Source: Arenicellales bacterium
GTDB lineage: Bacteria; Pseudomonadota; Gammaproteobacteria; Arenicellales; JAJDZL01
Reading direction: 5' to 3'
Length of the DNA: 64,000 nucleotides
NCBI GenBank assembly: GCA_965116205.1
Contig: OZ220493.1
Coordinates: 38,276 to 102,275 of the forward strand
Shown: one piece after another, positions 18,900 through 29,321 of the stretch
How the letters are laid out: the number at the start of each line of letters is the position of its first letter
How positions within the stretch are numbered: position 1 is the first letter of the stretch
Program-made: the position numbers and the translations under genes
The notes under the pieces: model-generated
What the model was told of the DNA's origin: nothing
The model's database searches: none
The model's input: the letters and a program-made list of their open reading frames with translations, nothing else

Positions 18900-19814
18900 T
18901 TAGACCGGTACTGGAACCGGGCGAAGTATGGAGGTCGGCACATCCGAAAATCGTTCGTAGTCAATGAGTTCCCAAGCCGATTGATCCTGTTTCAAGGCGA
19001 CCAGTAACCGATTGTTCAACGTGTGTCCGGACTTATAGGCCGAGTACGACCCGATTAACTGATGACCCAACAGATAGATATCACCGATCGCATCTAGCAC
19101 TTTGTGCCGCACACATTCGTCAGGATATCGTAACGGGTCTTTATTGACCATCCGAAATTCATCCATAACGATCGCATTTTCGGGATTCGCACCCCGCGCC
19201 AAACCTTTGGCATGCAATTTCTCCAAGTCTGACATAAATCCAAAAGTGCGGGCGCGAGAAATGGCTTGTGCGTAATTCGTCGTAGCATAATCAATTTCAA
19301 CTTTCTGCTTCGAATTTTCAAACACCGGGTGATCGAAATCAATCACATAAGATACTTTAAATCCGTGGTAAGGTTCAAATTTAGCCCACTTATCCCCATC
19401 ATTAACGCGCACCGTTTTCTTGATGCGAATGAATTTTTTTGGTGCTTTCTGTTCGGCGATTCCCGCTGCTTCCATCAAAAACAGAAAAGGATGTGAACTG
19501 CCATCCATAATGGGCACCTCGCCCGCGTCGACGTCCACATAGGCATTGTCAACACCCAATCCGGCAAATGCAGACATCAAATGTTCGACTGTAGAAACTT
19601 CCGCACCCGGATGACCGATGGTCGTAGACAAACGCGTACAGGATACATTTTCCACGCTTGCAGGTATCTCCACCTTCGGTTTGAGGTCCACTCGTCTGAA
19701 AACGATTCCCGTATTAACCGGTGCTGGATTCAGTGTCAAGCGAACAGCCACACCTTTATGCAGGCCAAGGCCGGTACCTCTGATGACATTAGTCAAGGTT
19801 CTTTGTGCGATCAT
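18900..19814 (-). CDS. lpxC: UDP-3-O-acyl-N-acetylglucosamine deacetylase
   Basis: TVEHLMSA, EVPIMDGS, ARTFGF, RHKVLDAIGD, KSGH. Confidence 0.98.
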   Translation of the reverse strand: MIAQRTLTNVIRGTGLGLHKGVAVRLTLNPAPVNTGIVFRRVDLKPKVEIPASVENVSCTRLSTTIGHPGAEVSTVEHLMSAFAGLGVDNAYVDVDAGEVPIMDGSSHPFLFLMEAAGIAEQKAPKKFIRIKKTVRVNDGDKWAKFEPYHGFKVSYVIDFDHPVFENSKQKVEIDYATTNYAQAISRARTFGFMSDLEKLHAKGLARGANPENAIVMDEFRMVNKDPLRYPDECVRHKVLDAIGDIYLLGHQLIGSYSAYKSGHTLNNRLLVALKQDQSAWELIDYERFSDVPTSILRPVPVPV

Positions 19815-20182
19815 ATTATTTGTCTACCACAAGTCCTAAAATTTGAGTTGAAATCAACATTATACAGCGAGTTGTATTGCGTATACATTCCTGAGCGAAC
19901 TATTCACGCAAACTCACTCCTAATCGTCGTTTGGTGAGCGACTACAGTGCTCAGAAAAAATGAGTTTAGCGGTTAAAAATGACGATCGATGAGTGATTTG
20001 ATCACCGTCAGCCAAATTTTGCACTTATTGTATACAAAATAAAATGATTTTTTTCTTTATTTTGAAAAAAATCCAACTGATTTCCTTACATTTTACGATA
20101 TCGACGTGCGCCGGCAACCGGTCGTCGTTTAAAACCGCCGAATCCGAACAGGGCAACGATTCGTGTCCCGGCAAACCGATGC

Positions 20183-21472
20183 CTAAACCGCATTCCGGTC
20201 GGCTGCCCCATTCAGACGATAAGGCTTGAAGTTGCCGCGATTTCGCAGTATGCTTGGTACATGCACCGGTTCCTGATTGGCATAGCCATCATCATGCTCA
20301 AATTCTTCAATCTCGTCAACGAATGGATGGGCTGTGAATCGCGTTTCAGATTGCTCTTCACCATTGCCGGGCGCGAACTCGAACTCTTCAGTGTGTTGCT
20401 CAATGGGCGCTTCAAATCGGTCATCCACTGTTGAATTTGACATTTCCGACTCATGTAATGTGAACGGACTTGATTGTTCCACCAGCGCATCTTCCGGCAC
20501 TGTCAACCCACTGGCCACGATCGTGACGCGCAGTTCATCACCAATATCCTCATCAAATACCAACCCTGAGACGATTGATTCCGCATTCGGCGCGGCATTT
20601 CTGATCAACTCGCCGATGTTGCGGTACTCCCCAGTTGAAATGTTGGAACTCGCCGTGATATTCACCAGCAGTCCTTTGGCATCGGCAAGATCAATGCCTT
20701 CGAGCAGCGGATTACTCAACACCACTTCTGCTACCTTTTGCGCGCGATTCTTACCCCCTGCCCTACCATGTGCCATCATTGCCAGTCCATCTTCAGACAT
20801 GATGGTTTTCACGTCGGCAAAATCAACGTTGACGAATCCCGGGCGCACAATCACATCCGAAATACCGCGCACCGCATTGAGCAAAACTTCATTCGCAATA
20901 CTGTAAGCATTAAATAAAGGTATATCTCCCGACAGTATCTTGTCATTGGCAATCGTAATAATCGAATCAACCGTTTTTCTGAGTTCCCGTACCCCGAATT
21001 CAGCATATTCCATCCGCCGTTCGCCTTCAAAGGAAAATGGCATCGTAACCACTGCCACAACTAGTGATTCAGGATTGTGTTCTTTAAACGCTTGGGCAAA
21101 CACGGGGGCCGCACCGGTCCCCGTACCACCGCCTAATCCCGCCGTAATGAAAACCATGTCGGCGTTACCCAGATACTCCATGAGTTTCTGACGATCTTCC
21201 AGCGCCGCCTCGCGACCTCTCTGCGGATTGAAACCTGCACCACGCCCTTGCGTCGTCGCATGACCAAATTGGAGTTTGTTTTCCGTGATGGCGCGTTTCA
21301 AGGCCTGTGAATCCGTATTGGCAACGTAACATTCGACTTCTTCAAGAAGTTCGTCGGCCATGTAGTCTACTGCATTGCTACCACCTCCACCAATGCCAAT
21401 CACTTTGATTTTAGCTCCCGGATCGCAAGTTTCCCGAGTCTGCAATACAAATCTTTTCTTTACACTCTCCAT
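20183..21472 (-). CDS. ftsZ: Cell division GTPase FtsZ
   Basis: GGGGSNA, GLGGGTGTG, NVDFADV. Start set at the ATG preceded by AAGGAGG. Confidence 0.97.
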   Translation of the reverse strand: MESVKKRFVLQTRETCDPGAKIKVIGIGGGGSNAVDYMADELLEEVECYVANTDSQALKRAITENKLQFGHATTQGRGAGFNPQRGREAALEDRQKLMEYLGNADMVFITAGLGGGTGTGAAPVFAQAFKEHNPESLVVAVVTMPFSFEGERRMEYAEFGVRELRKTVDSIITIANDKILSGDIPLFNAYSIANEVLLNAVRGISDVIVRPGFVNVDFADVKTIMSEDGLAMMAHGRAGGKNRAQKVAEVVLSNPLLEGIDLADAKGLLVNITASSNISTGEYRNIGELIRNAAPNAESIVSGLVFDEDIGDELRVTIVASGLTVPEDALVEQSSPFTLHESEMSNSTVDDRFEAPIEQHTEEFEFAPGNGEEQSETRFTAHPFVDEIEEFEHDDGYANQEPVHVPSILRNRGNFKPYRLNGAADRNAV

Positions 21473-21563
21473 TCTTCTATCCTCCTTATCATATGAACTG
21501 ATCAATAAAAATTTGCAAATTAAAATAAACTGAATCAATCACCGTCAGGCACATGCTGCGCAC

Positions 21564-22850
21564 CTACTGATGAGGTTGTAGCAACGCGGAATCTTCTCGC
21601 ATGAACAAGCGACGGATAAAATTGGCTACCCGGTCGACCGGCGAACCCTGCAACTTTCTGAGTTCACTCTGCCCGATGAGATCAGTTTCCTGCTGGCCAA
21701 CCATAGACCCATATTCACAAAGACCGAGACCCGTCGCCAGAGTTGGGTCACTGACGAGCTCACTCAGTTCGCCAGTGTAATTGGCGGCGCCCAGACGAAC
21801 CGGCACTCCCAGAATGTCGGTGGCGGAACTGACAATATCGACCACTTTGGAAGTGCCGCCGGTCAACACCACACCGGAGCGGATTAATTCATACTGACCG
21901 GACTGCTCCAGGTTTTCGCGCACTCGGGAGAAAATCTCCGTCAACCGAGCTTCAATCACCTCCGCGAGAAACCGACGACTCGCTTTGCGCAGACGAAATT
22001 CACCAATGACCGTCAATTCAAATGACTCGCTGTAATCCACTTTGCGAGAATAAGCACTGCCATATAGTTTCTTGATCCGATTGGCTTCATCGCGCGAAGT
22101 ATGTAGTGACACCGCAATATCCTGTGTCACCTGTGAACCCGCCGCAGTGATGGTCGCCGAATGCACGATCGACCCCTCACTATAGACGGCGAAATCCGTC
22201 GTCCCATCGCCAATGTCCAACAGGGCGACTCCCAAAGCTTTTTCGTCCTCGGACAGTACTGCCTGCCCCGACGCGATGTGATTCATGATGATGCCCTCGA
22301 CTTCCAGATCACATGAGCGAATACACTTTAGCAAGTTCTCGATGGAACTGGTGCCACCGGTGACGACGTGTACTTTGGCTTCAAGCCGGACACCACACAT
22401 ACCCAACGGATGCCGAATACCGGACTGACCATCGACGATGTACTGTTGCGACAGGATGTGCAGTAGTTTTTCACCGCTGGAAATGGGCACGGCCTGTGCC
22501 GCTTCGGAAACACGATTGATATCGTCCCCGGTAACTTCGTTACCACGAATAGCAACCACGCCAGTTGAATTGGTTCCGCGAATATGCGGGCCGGTAACCC
22601 CGACGCATACCCGATCTATTTCACGCATCGACATCTGTTCAGCAACTGATTTCGCCTCCTGAATGGAATCAATCAGTGCATCGATATTCGATACCATACC
22701 CTGCTGCATACCCTCGGTCGGACTTTGACCAAGACCCAGCATTTCAATACCGTTTGGATTTTCCTCACAAACCACGAAAGTCACGGTTGACGTGCCAATA
22801 TCCAATCCGACCACCAGTCGATTCTCCATTTCTGCTTTGTTTGGTCTCAT
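21564..22850 (-). CDS. ftsA: Cell division protein FtsA (start approximate)
   Basis: GLDIGTS, GMCGVRLE, GVVLTGG; lies between ftsQ and ftsZ. Confidence 0.96.
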   Translation of the reverse strand: MRPNKAEMENRLVVGLDIGTSTVTFVVCEENPNGIEMLGLGQSPTEGMQQGMVSNIDALIDSIQEAKSVAEQMSMREIDRVCVGVTGPHIRGTNSTGVVAIRGNEVTGDDINRVSEAAQAVPISSGEKLLHILSQQYIVDGQSGIRHPLGMCGVRLEAKVHVVTGGTSSIENLLKCIRSCDLEVEGIIMNHIASGQAVLSEDEKALGVALLDIGDGTTDFAVYSEGSIVHSATITAAGSQVTQDIAVSLHTSRDEANRIKKLYGSAYSRKVDYSESFELTVIGEFRLRKASRRFLAEVIEARLTEIFSRVRENLEQSGQYELIRSGVVLTGGTSKVVDIVSSATDILGVPVRLGAANYTGELSELVSDPTLATGLGLCEYGSMVGQQETDLIGQSELRKLQGSPVDRVANFIRRLFMREDSALLQPHQ

Positions 22851-22866
22851 GGTTCGGTGTTTCTGT

Positions 22867-23712
22867 TTAAGTGTTAGCAAAGCTCTGACTCCCTTTCATG
22901 ACTGGCACGGCACCTTTCCAGGTCACCGCAACGCCATCTGGATATCTCAGATCAATTACCGCAAGATTCTGATGAACGGATTGAAATACTTCGGCATATA
23001 GCTTGAGAAATCGGCGCAATCGATCATTGATGTCACCACTCCCCAAACGTACTGTGATTGGCGTCGTTGCTACATCAGCATCGGCTGAGGCATTAGGTCG
23101 GCGCATGGGACTGACGACAACTTCCCACCCCCCGTGATTTGAAAGAGCGAGAGATTGGATGTTCAGCCCGACGTGCGCCACCGATGTATTCCACGATTCA
23201 TAGGCCGTCAGAATTTCCGCCGCAAAATTTCTCGGTCCACTCAGATGCGGCAGTTGCTGTTCGACTTCCGTGGATGACTGAAACGGGGTGCCAAACTGAT
23301 CAAGATATTCATTGTCATTAAACCGCGCGCGAATTTTGCGTTGATTGACCTGCACTTCAAGTGTATTCGGCCATTTGCGACGCACGGTCGCGTTTTCGAC
23401 CCAAGATAACGATTGAGCTGCTTCCACCGCTTGAGTAATGTCAACTCGCAATATATTGCCCATTGAGATTTTGGCTACCGTAGCCGCCAATTGATCGGAC
23501 TCTGAGTGACCAAGGTCACCCACAATATCAATGTTCGTCGTTACAAACTGATTCGGTTGCAGAACAAAATCAATACCCGACATGACTAACATGATCACTG
23601 TCATTACCGTGGCAAAAATAAAGGTTCTTTTCCGGTTCAATCTTTGTGGTTCAACAACTTGCGGCGGCGAAAATTCCGGCCATCCGCCGCGATGGCCATA
23701 CGTTGGTTTCAT
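22867..23712 (-). CDS. ftsQ: Cell division protein FtsQ
   Basis: Single N-terminal TM, POTRA-like WVENATVRRKWPNTLEV, C-terminal IDLRYPDGVAV. Confidence 0.92.
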   Translation of the reverse strand: MKPTYGHRGGWPEFSPPQVVEPQRLNRKRTFIFATVMTVIMLVMSGIDFVLQPNQFVTTNIDIVGDLGHSESDQLAATVAKISMGNILRVDITQAVEAAQSLSWVENATVRRKWPNTLEVQVNQRKIRARFNDNEYLDQFGTPFQSSTEVEQQLPHLSGPRNFAAEILTAYESWNTSVAHVGLNIQSLALSNHGGWEVVVSPMRRPNASADADVATTPITVRLGSGDINDRLRRFLKLYAEVFQSVHQNLAVIDLRYPDGVAVTWKGAVPVMKGSQSFANT

Positions 23713-24614
23713 TATTTTTCCCTCTCTCCAATGATTCTCACTTCAAGTTCAAGTTCAATATTGCACACCTCAGCAACCCGCTCCCGCATCAATGTAATCA
23801 GAGCTTCAATATCGGCCGCGCTGGCCTGGCCGGTGTTTTCGATGAAGTTGGCATGCTTCGGTGAGACTCGCGCACCACCAACGGTAACACCTTTCAAGCC
23901 CACCTGCTCGATCAACCGAGCGGCAAAATCTTGTTTCGGGTTGCGAAACACACTGCCGGCATTGGCGGTCTGCACCGGTTGAGTTGCCGCTCTAGTGTAG
24001 AGGTATTGGCTGATTTTGGTCTGCCCTACACCGCTTTGGCATGGCTGTAATGCAAATTCTGCACCGGTAAACCACTCCGCCGCACCCAAGTCGACTGAAC
24101 GATACCGCCAAGACATTTGATCTGCCCGCCGTCTTTTGATTTCACCTCGCCGGGTTACCGTGTCGGCAAAGCGAACAAACTCCCAGGTTTCCGCACCGAA
24201 ACAGCCAGCGTTCATGGCGAGTGCACCGCCGACGGTACCGGGAATGCCAATCATGAATTCAGTCCCACACAGCGCCTGCCTAGCAGCGTACTTCGCCAGT
24301 TTGGCAGTGGGTACGCCGGCTTCGGCATACACGCCGTGAGCGTCAGTTATCCAAAGATTTCTAAGACTCTTATGGGTTGCGATCATCACGCCGGCAAAAC
24401 CGCCATCCCGCACCAGTATGTTGCTGCCGAGCCCACACCAGGCAATGTCAATGTCGGACGGAACGCGTTGCATGAACGCACACAAATCCTGCACCCCCTG
24501 CGGCATATAAAACCAAAGCGCCGCACCACCGACTCGCCAGCTGGTGTGTCGACTCATCGGTTCATGGCGTCGCATTTCACCCTTCAGTCCAGTCATTCGA
24601 ATAACATTCATCAA
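23712..24614 (-). CDS. murB: UDP-N-acetylenolpyruvoylglucosamine reductase
   Basis: HTSWRVGG, GLGSN, GIPGTVGG, MNAG, GSVFRNP, HANF. Confidence 0.97.
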   Translation of the reverse strand: MMNVIRMTGLKGEMRRHEPMSRHTSWRVGGAALWFYMPQGVQDLCAFMQRVPSDIDIAWCGLGSNILVRDGGFAGVMIATHKSLRNLWITDAHGVYAEAGVPTAKLAKYAARQALCGTEFMIGIPGTVGGALAMNAGCFGAETWEFVRFADTVTRRGEIKRRRADQMSWRYRSVDLGAAEWFTGAEFALQPCQSGVGQTKISQYLYTRAATQPVQTANAGSVFRNPKQDFAARLIEQVGLKGVTVGGARVSPKHANFIENTGQASAADIEALITLMRERVAEVCNIELELEVRIIGEREK

Positions 24615-24636
24615 TATTTTTACAGGTGTTCAAGTC

Positions 24637-25713
24637 TTACGACACTGCAGCATTCATACAATGCTTGACCACTGCGGTAGTCGCCGCCGGTTGCGCACAA
24701 CGGCGAATGTTGGCGGCCAGCCGCTGAATTTGCGCGCGGTCACCTAGTAGTTGCCGCAGTACGGCGCGGAGTGTCACTTCAAATTCCGCACCCTGAATAC
24801 ATACCACCGCGGCATCTCGTTGACTGAGCATCTGCGCATTGGCCAACTGATGATTCCGGGCCGCGTATGGAAAAGGTACCAACACCGCGGCCAACCCCAT
24901 CACTGAGAGTTCAGCCAATGTCATGGCACCGGCCCTAGCGATGACAACATCAGCCCAAGAATAAGCGCTGGCCATATCATCAATATATTCAAGTACCCGT
25001 GCCGGCACACCGAGTCGCTCATAAGTGGAACTGACCAGATCGGCGTGTCCCCGACCGGTCTGATGGGTCACCTGAACACCCATCGACAGTCGGCAACCGG
25101 CCAGTGCTATCGGCACCGTCTGATTCAGGGCACCTGCCCCCTGACTGCCACCTATCACCAGCAAATGAAGAGGATGAGTGGTCGGATGGTCTACCAAGTC
25201 AAGCCGTTCCGCAGCAGCTAAGATTTCTGCGCGTACTGGCGTACCGGTACAAATGGCCTTGGTACCCAAATCAGTATTTTTAAATCCAGTCAAAATGCGA
25301 TGCGCCACGGTGGCCAGTATGCGATTGGTCAAACCGGCGATGGCGTTAGACTCATGAATAATCAGCGGTCGGCGCAGCAGAACCGCCGCCAACCCGCCCG
25401 GTCCGCACACATAGCCGCCCATACCAAGTAGTAGGTCGGGTCGCCGGCGGAGTATGATGGCGACACTCTGCCAGAAAGAAATCAGTAACCACACCGGTAG
25501 AGTTATCCACCGCCGCCACCCTTTGCCCCACAATCCTTGAATCCGCACCGGGTCGAACTCAAATCCAGCACTGCGCGCCAATTGATCTTCCAGACCATTG
25601 CGCACGCCCATCCAGTAGACCTTGACACCTCGGGTACGTAACTCAACACTCACCGCCAAAGCCGGGTAGATGTGCCCACCAGTACCACCGGCCATGATCA
25701 CAATCGTGCTCAT
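24637..25713 (-). CDS. murG: Lipid II GlcNAc transferase
   Basis: GGTGGHIYP, GGSQGA, RAGAMTLAE, HQLANA. Confidence 0.97.
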   Translation of the reverse strand: MSTIVIMAGGTGGHIYPALAVSVELRTRGVKVYWMGVRNGLEDQLARSAGFEFDPVRIQGLWGKGWRRWITLPVWLLISFWQSVAIILRRRPDLLLGMGGYVCGPGGLAAVLLRRPLIIHESNAIAGLTNRILATVAHRILTGFKNTDLGTKAICTGTPVRAEILAAAERLDLVDHPTTHPLHLLVIGGSQGAGALNQTVPIALAGCRLSMGVQVTHQTGRGHADLVSSTYERLGVPARVLEYIDDMASAYSWADVVIARAGAMTLAELSVMGLAAVLVPFPYAARNHQLANAQMLSQRDAAVVCIQGAEFEVTLRAVLRQLLGDRAQIQRLAANIRRCAQPAATTAVVKHCMNAAVS

Positions 25714-26864
25714 GACGTCAACTGCCGACTGGCTTCACGGTTGATTGACAACACGAAGCCGATGGCGATAGAGTAAGCCACTAGACTCGACCCACCTTCA
25801 CTCATGAATGGGAGAGTCAAGCCCTTGGTCGGCAACAACCCCATGTTCACCCCCATGTTGACGATGGATGAGATGGCGATCATCATGCCTATTGATTGGG
25901 CCAGATATTTGCAAAATCGATCTTCTACCGCATCCGCCAGCCACGAAATGTGGAATATTTTCCAGATCATGACCAGAAACAATCCCATCACGGTCAACAG
26001 ACCGACAAACCCCAGTTCCTCACCAATCACCGCGAACAGGAAATCGGAACTCGCATATGGCAGGTAGAACAATTTCTGCACACTCGCACCAAGCCCCACG
26101 CCAAACCACTCACCCCGCCCTAGGGCAATCAGTGACTGCACCAGCTGAAAACCGGCGCGGTAAGGATCTTCCCACGGATTCAAAAACGACATGACGCGTT
26201 GCACACGGTAGGGCTCCATCCAGATCAACGCGGCAATGGCGCCGACAGACAGTAGAAAAAACAGCGTCAAATACCTTTTTCTCAATCCACTCAGAAAAAG
26301 CATCGACATCAGTACCGCGCCCAACACCAAAACACTACCCAAATCCGGTTCCAAAACCAGCAATGTAGCAATGATCAGATAAGCCCCGACGATCGGTGCT
26401 ACGTCATACAGCAGGTGGTTCAGGCGAAGGTGTCGATCAGCAAGATAACTCGCCAGAAAAATGAGAAATAGAAGTTCAGCAAATTCAGAAGGTTGAAAGA
26501 CCCAACCACCCAATCGGAGCCAACGGGTACTGCCATTGATCTCGACACCGAGTGACGGAATCAACACCACCACCAACAGCAAGACTGATAACACTAGTGC
26601 TGGCCAAGCGCATCGCTTTAGAAAAGCAATAGGCGTAAACGCGGCAAACAACATGGCAGTCACTGCAACGATAACATTCAACACGTTTTTGCGAAGATAA
26701 TGCCACGCGTCGTCTCCTTCGAAAGCTTGCGCAATCGTGGCAGAATAGACGGCAACCATACCAAACACGACTAGTGTTAGAAAAACGGTGACCAATACCG
26801 GATCAAAACCCGGAATTCGACCCTCGTCCACCGCGGTCGGTGCCTGATGCAAAGTAGTATTCAT
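25710..26864 (-). CDS. ftsW: Peptidoglycan glycosyltransferase FtsW
   Basis: Multi-TM SEDS protein with RWL, FQPSE, EPDLG, GEELG, PTKGLTLPFMS. Confidence 0.96.
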   Translation of the reverse strand: MNTTLHQAPTAVDEGRIPGFDPVLVTVFLTLVVFGMVAVYSATIAQAFEGDDAWHYLRKNVLNVIVAVTAMLFAAFTPIAFLKRCAWPALVLSVLLLVVVLIPSLGVEINGSTRWLRLGGWVFQPSEFAELLFLIFLASYLADRHLRLNHLLYDVAPIVGAYLIIATLLVLEPDLGSVLVLGAVLMSMLFLSGLRKRYLTLFFLLSVGAIAALIWMEPYRVQRVMSFLNPWEDPYRAGFQLVQSLIALGRGEWFGVGLGASVQKLFYLPYASSDFLFAVIGEELGFVGLLTVMGLFLVMIWKIFHISWLADAVEDRFCKYLAQSIGMMIAISSIVNMGVNMGLLPTKGLTLPFMSEGGSSLVAYSIAIGFVLSINREASRQLTS

Positions 26865-28222
26865 AGTACCTGCAGTTGCAGCGCCTGACTGAAAGTCTTG
26901 CCGCGATGTTCATAATCAGTGAACTGGTCGTTGCTCGAACAACCCGGTGAAAATACGACGCAATCGCCGGCGCGAGTCATCCGATTGGCAACATTGATCG
27001 CCTCGTAGATATCTTCTGCATAGTGCTGTGTCACACTTCCGTTGAACGATTTACTAATTTCGCGCCGATCGCGACCGAAAAACACACACCCGCGCAGTCG
27101 ACCATTAACCAGTTTCGGGATGGGAGAAAAATCTGCTCCTCGACTCAAACCACCGGCAATCAACACTACCGGTCTGGAATTCGAACGGATGGCCGCCAGC
27201 GCCGCACCGACATTGGCCGAACGGGCATCGTTGACCCATCGCACACCGTTCCACTCCCCTTCGGTACTACAACGGTAGGGCAGGCCGGCAAATTTGACCA
27301 CCACGGTGCGAACCGGCTTAACCGGGTAACCGGCAGCTTCGGCAATGGCACAGCTCGCCAGCATGTTCAGCAGGTTGTGATCACCGGTCAGTGTACAGCG
27401 ATCGGCATTGATCAGTTTCGTGGCGCCTCGAACAATCCATCGGATCCCTGAAAATTTCTCGATACCATAGTCGTTCTCAGTTTCGGGCGGTTGCAGACCA
27501 AACGTAATGCGCGGCCCGGTCATAGCTATCTGGGCAGTGATGGGATCATCTCGGTTGATAACAGCCATCCCGGCGTCGTACACCAGTTTGGACATGGTTT
27601 CGACATACGAGTCAATCGACGCGTAGCGCTCACGATGATCCGGTGAAACATTCAGGATCGCCGCGACGTCCGATCTAATATGAGTAACCTGCTCTAGATG
27701 CGGTGCGGACAGTTCCAACAGGTAAGCATCAGTCGGTTGTTTGCCGAGTAGTTCCATAAAGGTATACCCCCGACAGCCGCCCTGTTGCACCGTGGCGCGG
27801 TGCTTTTCGATGATGTTGCGCACCAAAGTGGTTACTGAACTTTTACCGTTGGTGCCGGTTACTGAAATGATGGGTTTACCGGCACAGGCGAAGAACAGTT
27901 CTAGACTGTTCATGACCGGCACGCCGTGCTCTGCGGCCATGTCGGCGATACGCAGGTTGGAAGGTGCCGAAGTGCAACTCAGCACCACCAGATCCTTACC
28001 CGCCAGCATATAGGATTCAACAGGGGTGTAGATAGACACCCCGGGCAGTGCTGAACGCACGCAATTCTCCTGTTGCGGCTGCGCTCTCACATCGCCCATT
28101 TCAAGGTCCCAACCTTCATCAATCAGATGTGTTGCGCAGGCCATCGCGCTACGACCGAGACCCATTACAAATGCCTTGCCACCCTTGCTATTTGAGTGCA
28201 TACAGTTCTTCAATTGACGCAT
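26861..28222 (-). CDS. murD: MurD-family ligase, strongly divergent
   Basis: Position between mraY and ftsW; GLGRS, TGTNGKS, LELS, NVSPDH, SPGCSSNDQF. Several normally invariant residues are replaced (see findings). Confidence 0.85.
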   Translation of the reverse strand: MRQLKNCMHSNSKGGKAFVMGLGRSAMACATHLIDEGWDLEMGDVRAQPQQENCVRSALPGVSIYTPVESYMLAGKDLVVLSCTSAPSNLRIADMAAEHGVPVMNSLELFFACAGKPIISVTGTNGKSSVTTLVRNIIEKHRATVQQGGCRGYTFMELLGKQPTDAYLLELSAPHLEQVTHIRSDVAAILNVSPDHRERYASIDSYVETMSKLVYDAGMAVINRDDPITAQIAMTGPRITFGLQPPETENDYGIEKFSGIRWIVRGATKLINADRCTLTGDHNLLNMLASCAIAEAAGYPVKPVRTVVVKFAGLPYRCSTEGEWNGVRWVNDARSANVGAALAAIRSNSRPVVLIAGGLSRGADFSPIPKLVNGRLRGCVFFGRDRREISKSFNGSVTQHYAEDIYEAINVANRMTRAGDCVVFSPGCSSNDQFTDYEHRGKTFSQALQLQVL

Positions 28223-28235
28223 GATTGTTACCTCT

Positions 28236-29321
28236 TTATCTAATTTTTAAGGTGGCCAATCCGGCCAACACCATGACCAGAGAGAAAATCCAGAAGCGCA
28301 CCGTAATTCTAGATTCCGGCCAACCCTTTTGCTCAAAATGATGATGGAGCGGACTCATCAGCCAGACGCGGCGGCCAAGCAGTTTGAATGACGCGACCTG
28401 AGTCATCACCGAAATCGCTTCGATAACGAAAAGTCCACCCATAATGAAAAGCACGAGTTCCTGCCGGATCAAAATTGCGATGATGGCAACTGCCGCACCA
28501 AGTCCCATCGATCCGGTGTCACCCATGAAAATTTGTGCCGGATAGCAGTTGTAAAAGAGAAATGCCAAACCGGCGCCAACCAGCGACCCACAGAACACGA
28601 CCAACTCGCCAGCACCTTCAACAAATGGAATGGCAAGATAGCCAGCGAAGACCGCATGCCCGGTCGCGTAGGCGAATATACCAAGACCACCGGCGACCAA
28701 GACCACCGGCATAATCGCTAATCCGTCGAGTCCATCCGTCAGATTGACCGCATTGGCAGTACCCACCATGACCAGCATGGCAAAGGGTATGAACCAGAAG
28801 CCCAAGTCGATCAACCAGTTTTTGAATACCGGCACCAGCAAGGTAGTTTGTACGTCGGTTTCGGCAATGACGTAAATCGTAACCACGATGAACACTGCAA
28901 CTAGCAATTGCAACAACAGTTTCTGCCGCATCGATAGCCCGGCGCCACTGCGTTGGGTCTTGAGTTTCTGCCAATCGTCGATGAAACCAATCATTCCGAA
29001 TAGAATGGTCGCCAACAATGCCACCCAGACCAAGACATTCGTCAGCTCGACCCACAGCAGTGTCGACACCGTGACGGACAACAAAATCACGACACCACCC
29101 ATGGTTGGTGTACCACCTTTGTTGATGTGCAACGGCACATCGTCGTCGCGCACGACCTCACCAATTGACAGTTCTCGCAGTTTTGGGATCGCATACAGAA
29201 ATCCGACCACGCCAATCAGTAGTGCAGTCAGTATCGCCAATACACCGCGCAGTGTCAGATATCTGAACACATTGAACCAAGAAATATCATCGGCAAACTG
29301 AAGTAGTAAATCGGCTAACAT
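28236..29321 (-). CDS. mraY: Phospho-N-acetylmuramoyl-pentapeptide transferase
   Basis: GTPTMGG, NAVNLTDGLDGL, FMGDTG, PLHHHFE. Confidence 0.98.
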   Translation of the reverse strand: MLADLLLQFADDISWFNVFRYLTLRGVLAILTALLIGVVGFLYAIPKLRELSIGEVVRDDDVPLHINKGGTPTMGGVVILLSVTVSTLLWVELTNVLVWVALLATILFGMIGFIDDWQKLKTQRSGAGLSMRQKLLLQLLVAVFIVVTIYVIAETDVQTTLLVPVFKNWLIDLGFWFIPFAMLVMVGTANAVNLTDGLDGLAIMPVVLVAGGLGIFAYATGHAVFAGYLAIPFVEGAGELVVFCGSLVGAGLAFLFYNCYPAQIFMGDTGSMGLGAAVAIIAILIRQELVLFIMGGLFVIEAISVMTQVASFKLLGRRVWLMSPLHHHFEQKGWPESRITVRFWIFSLVMVLAGLATLKIR

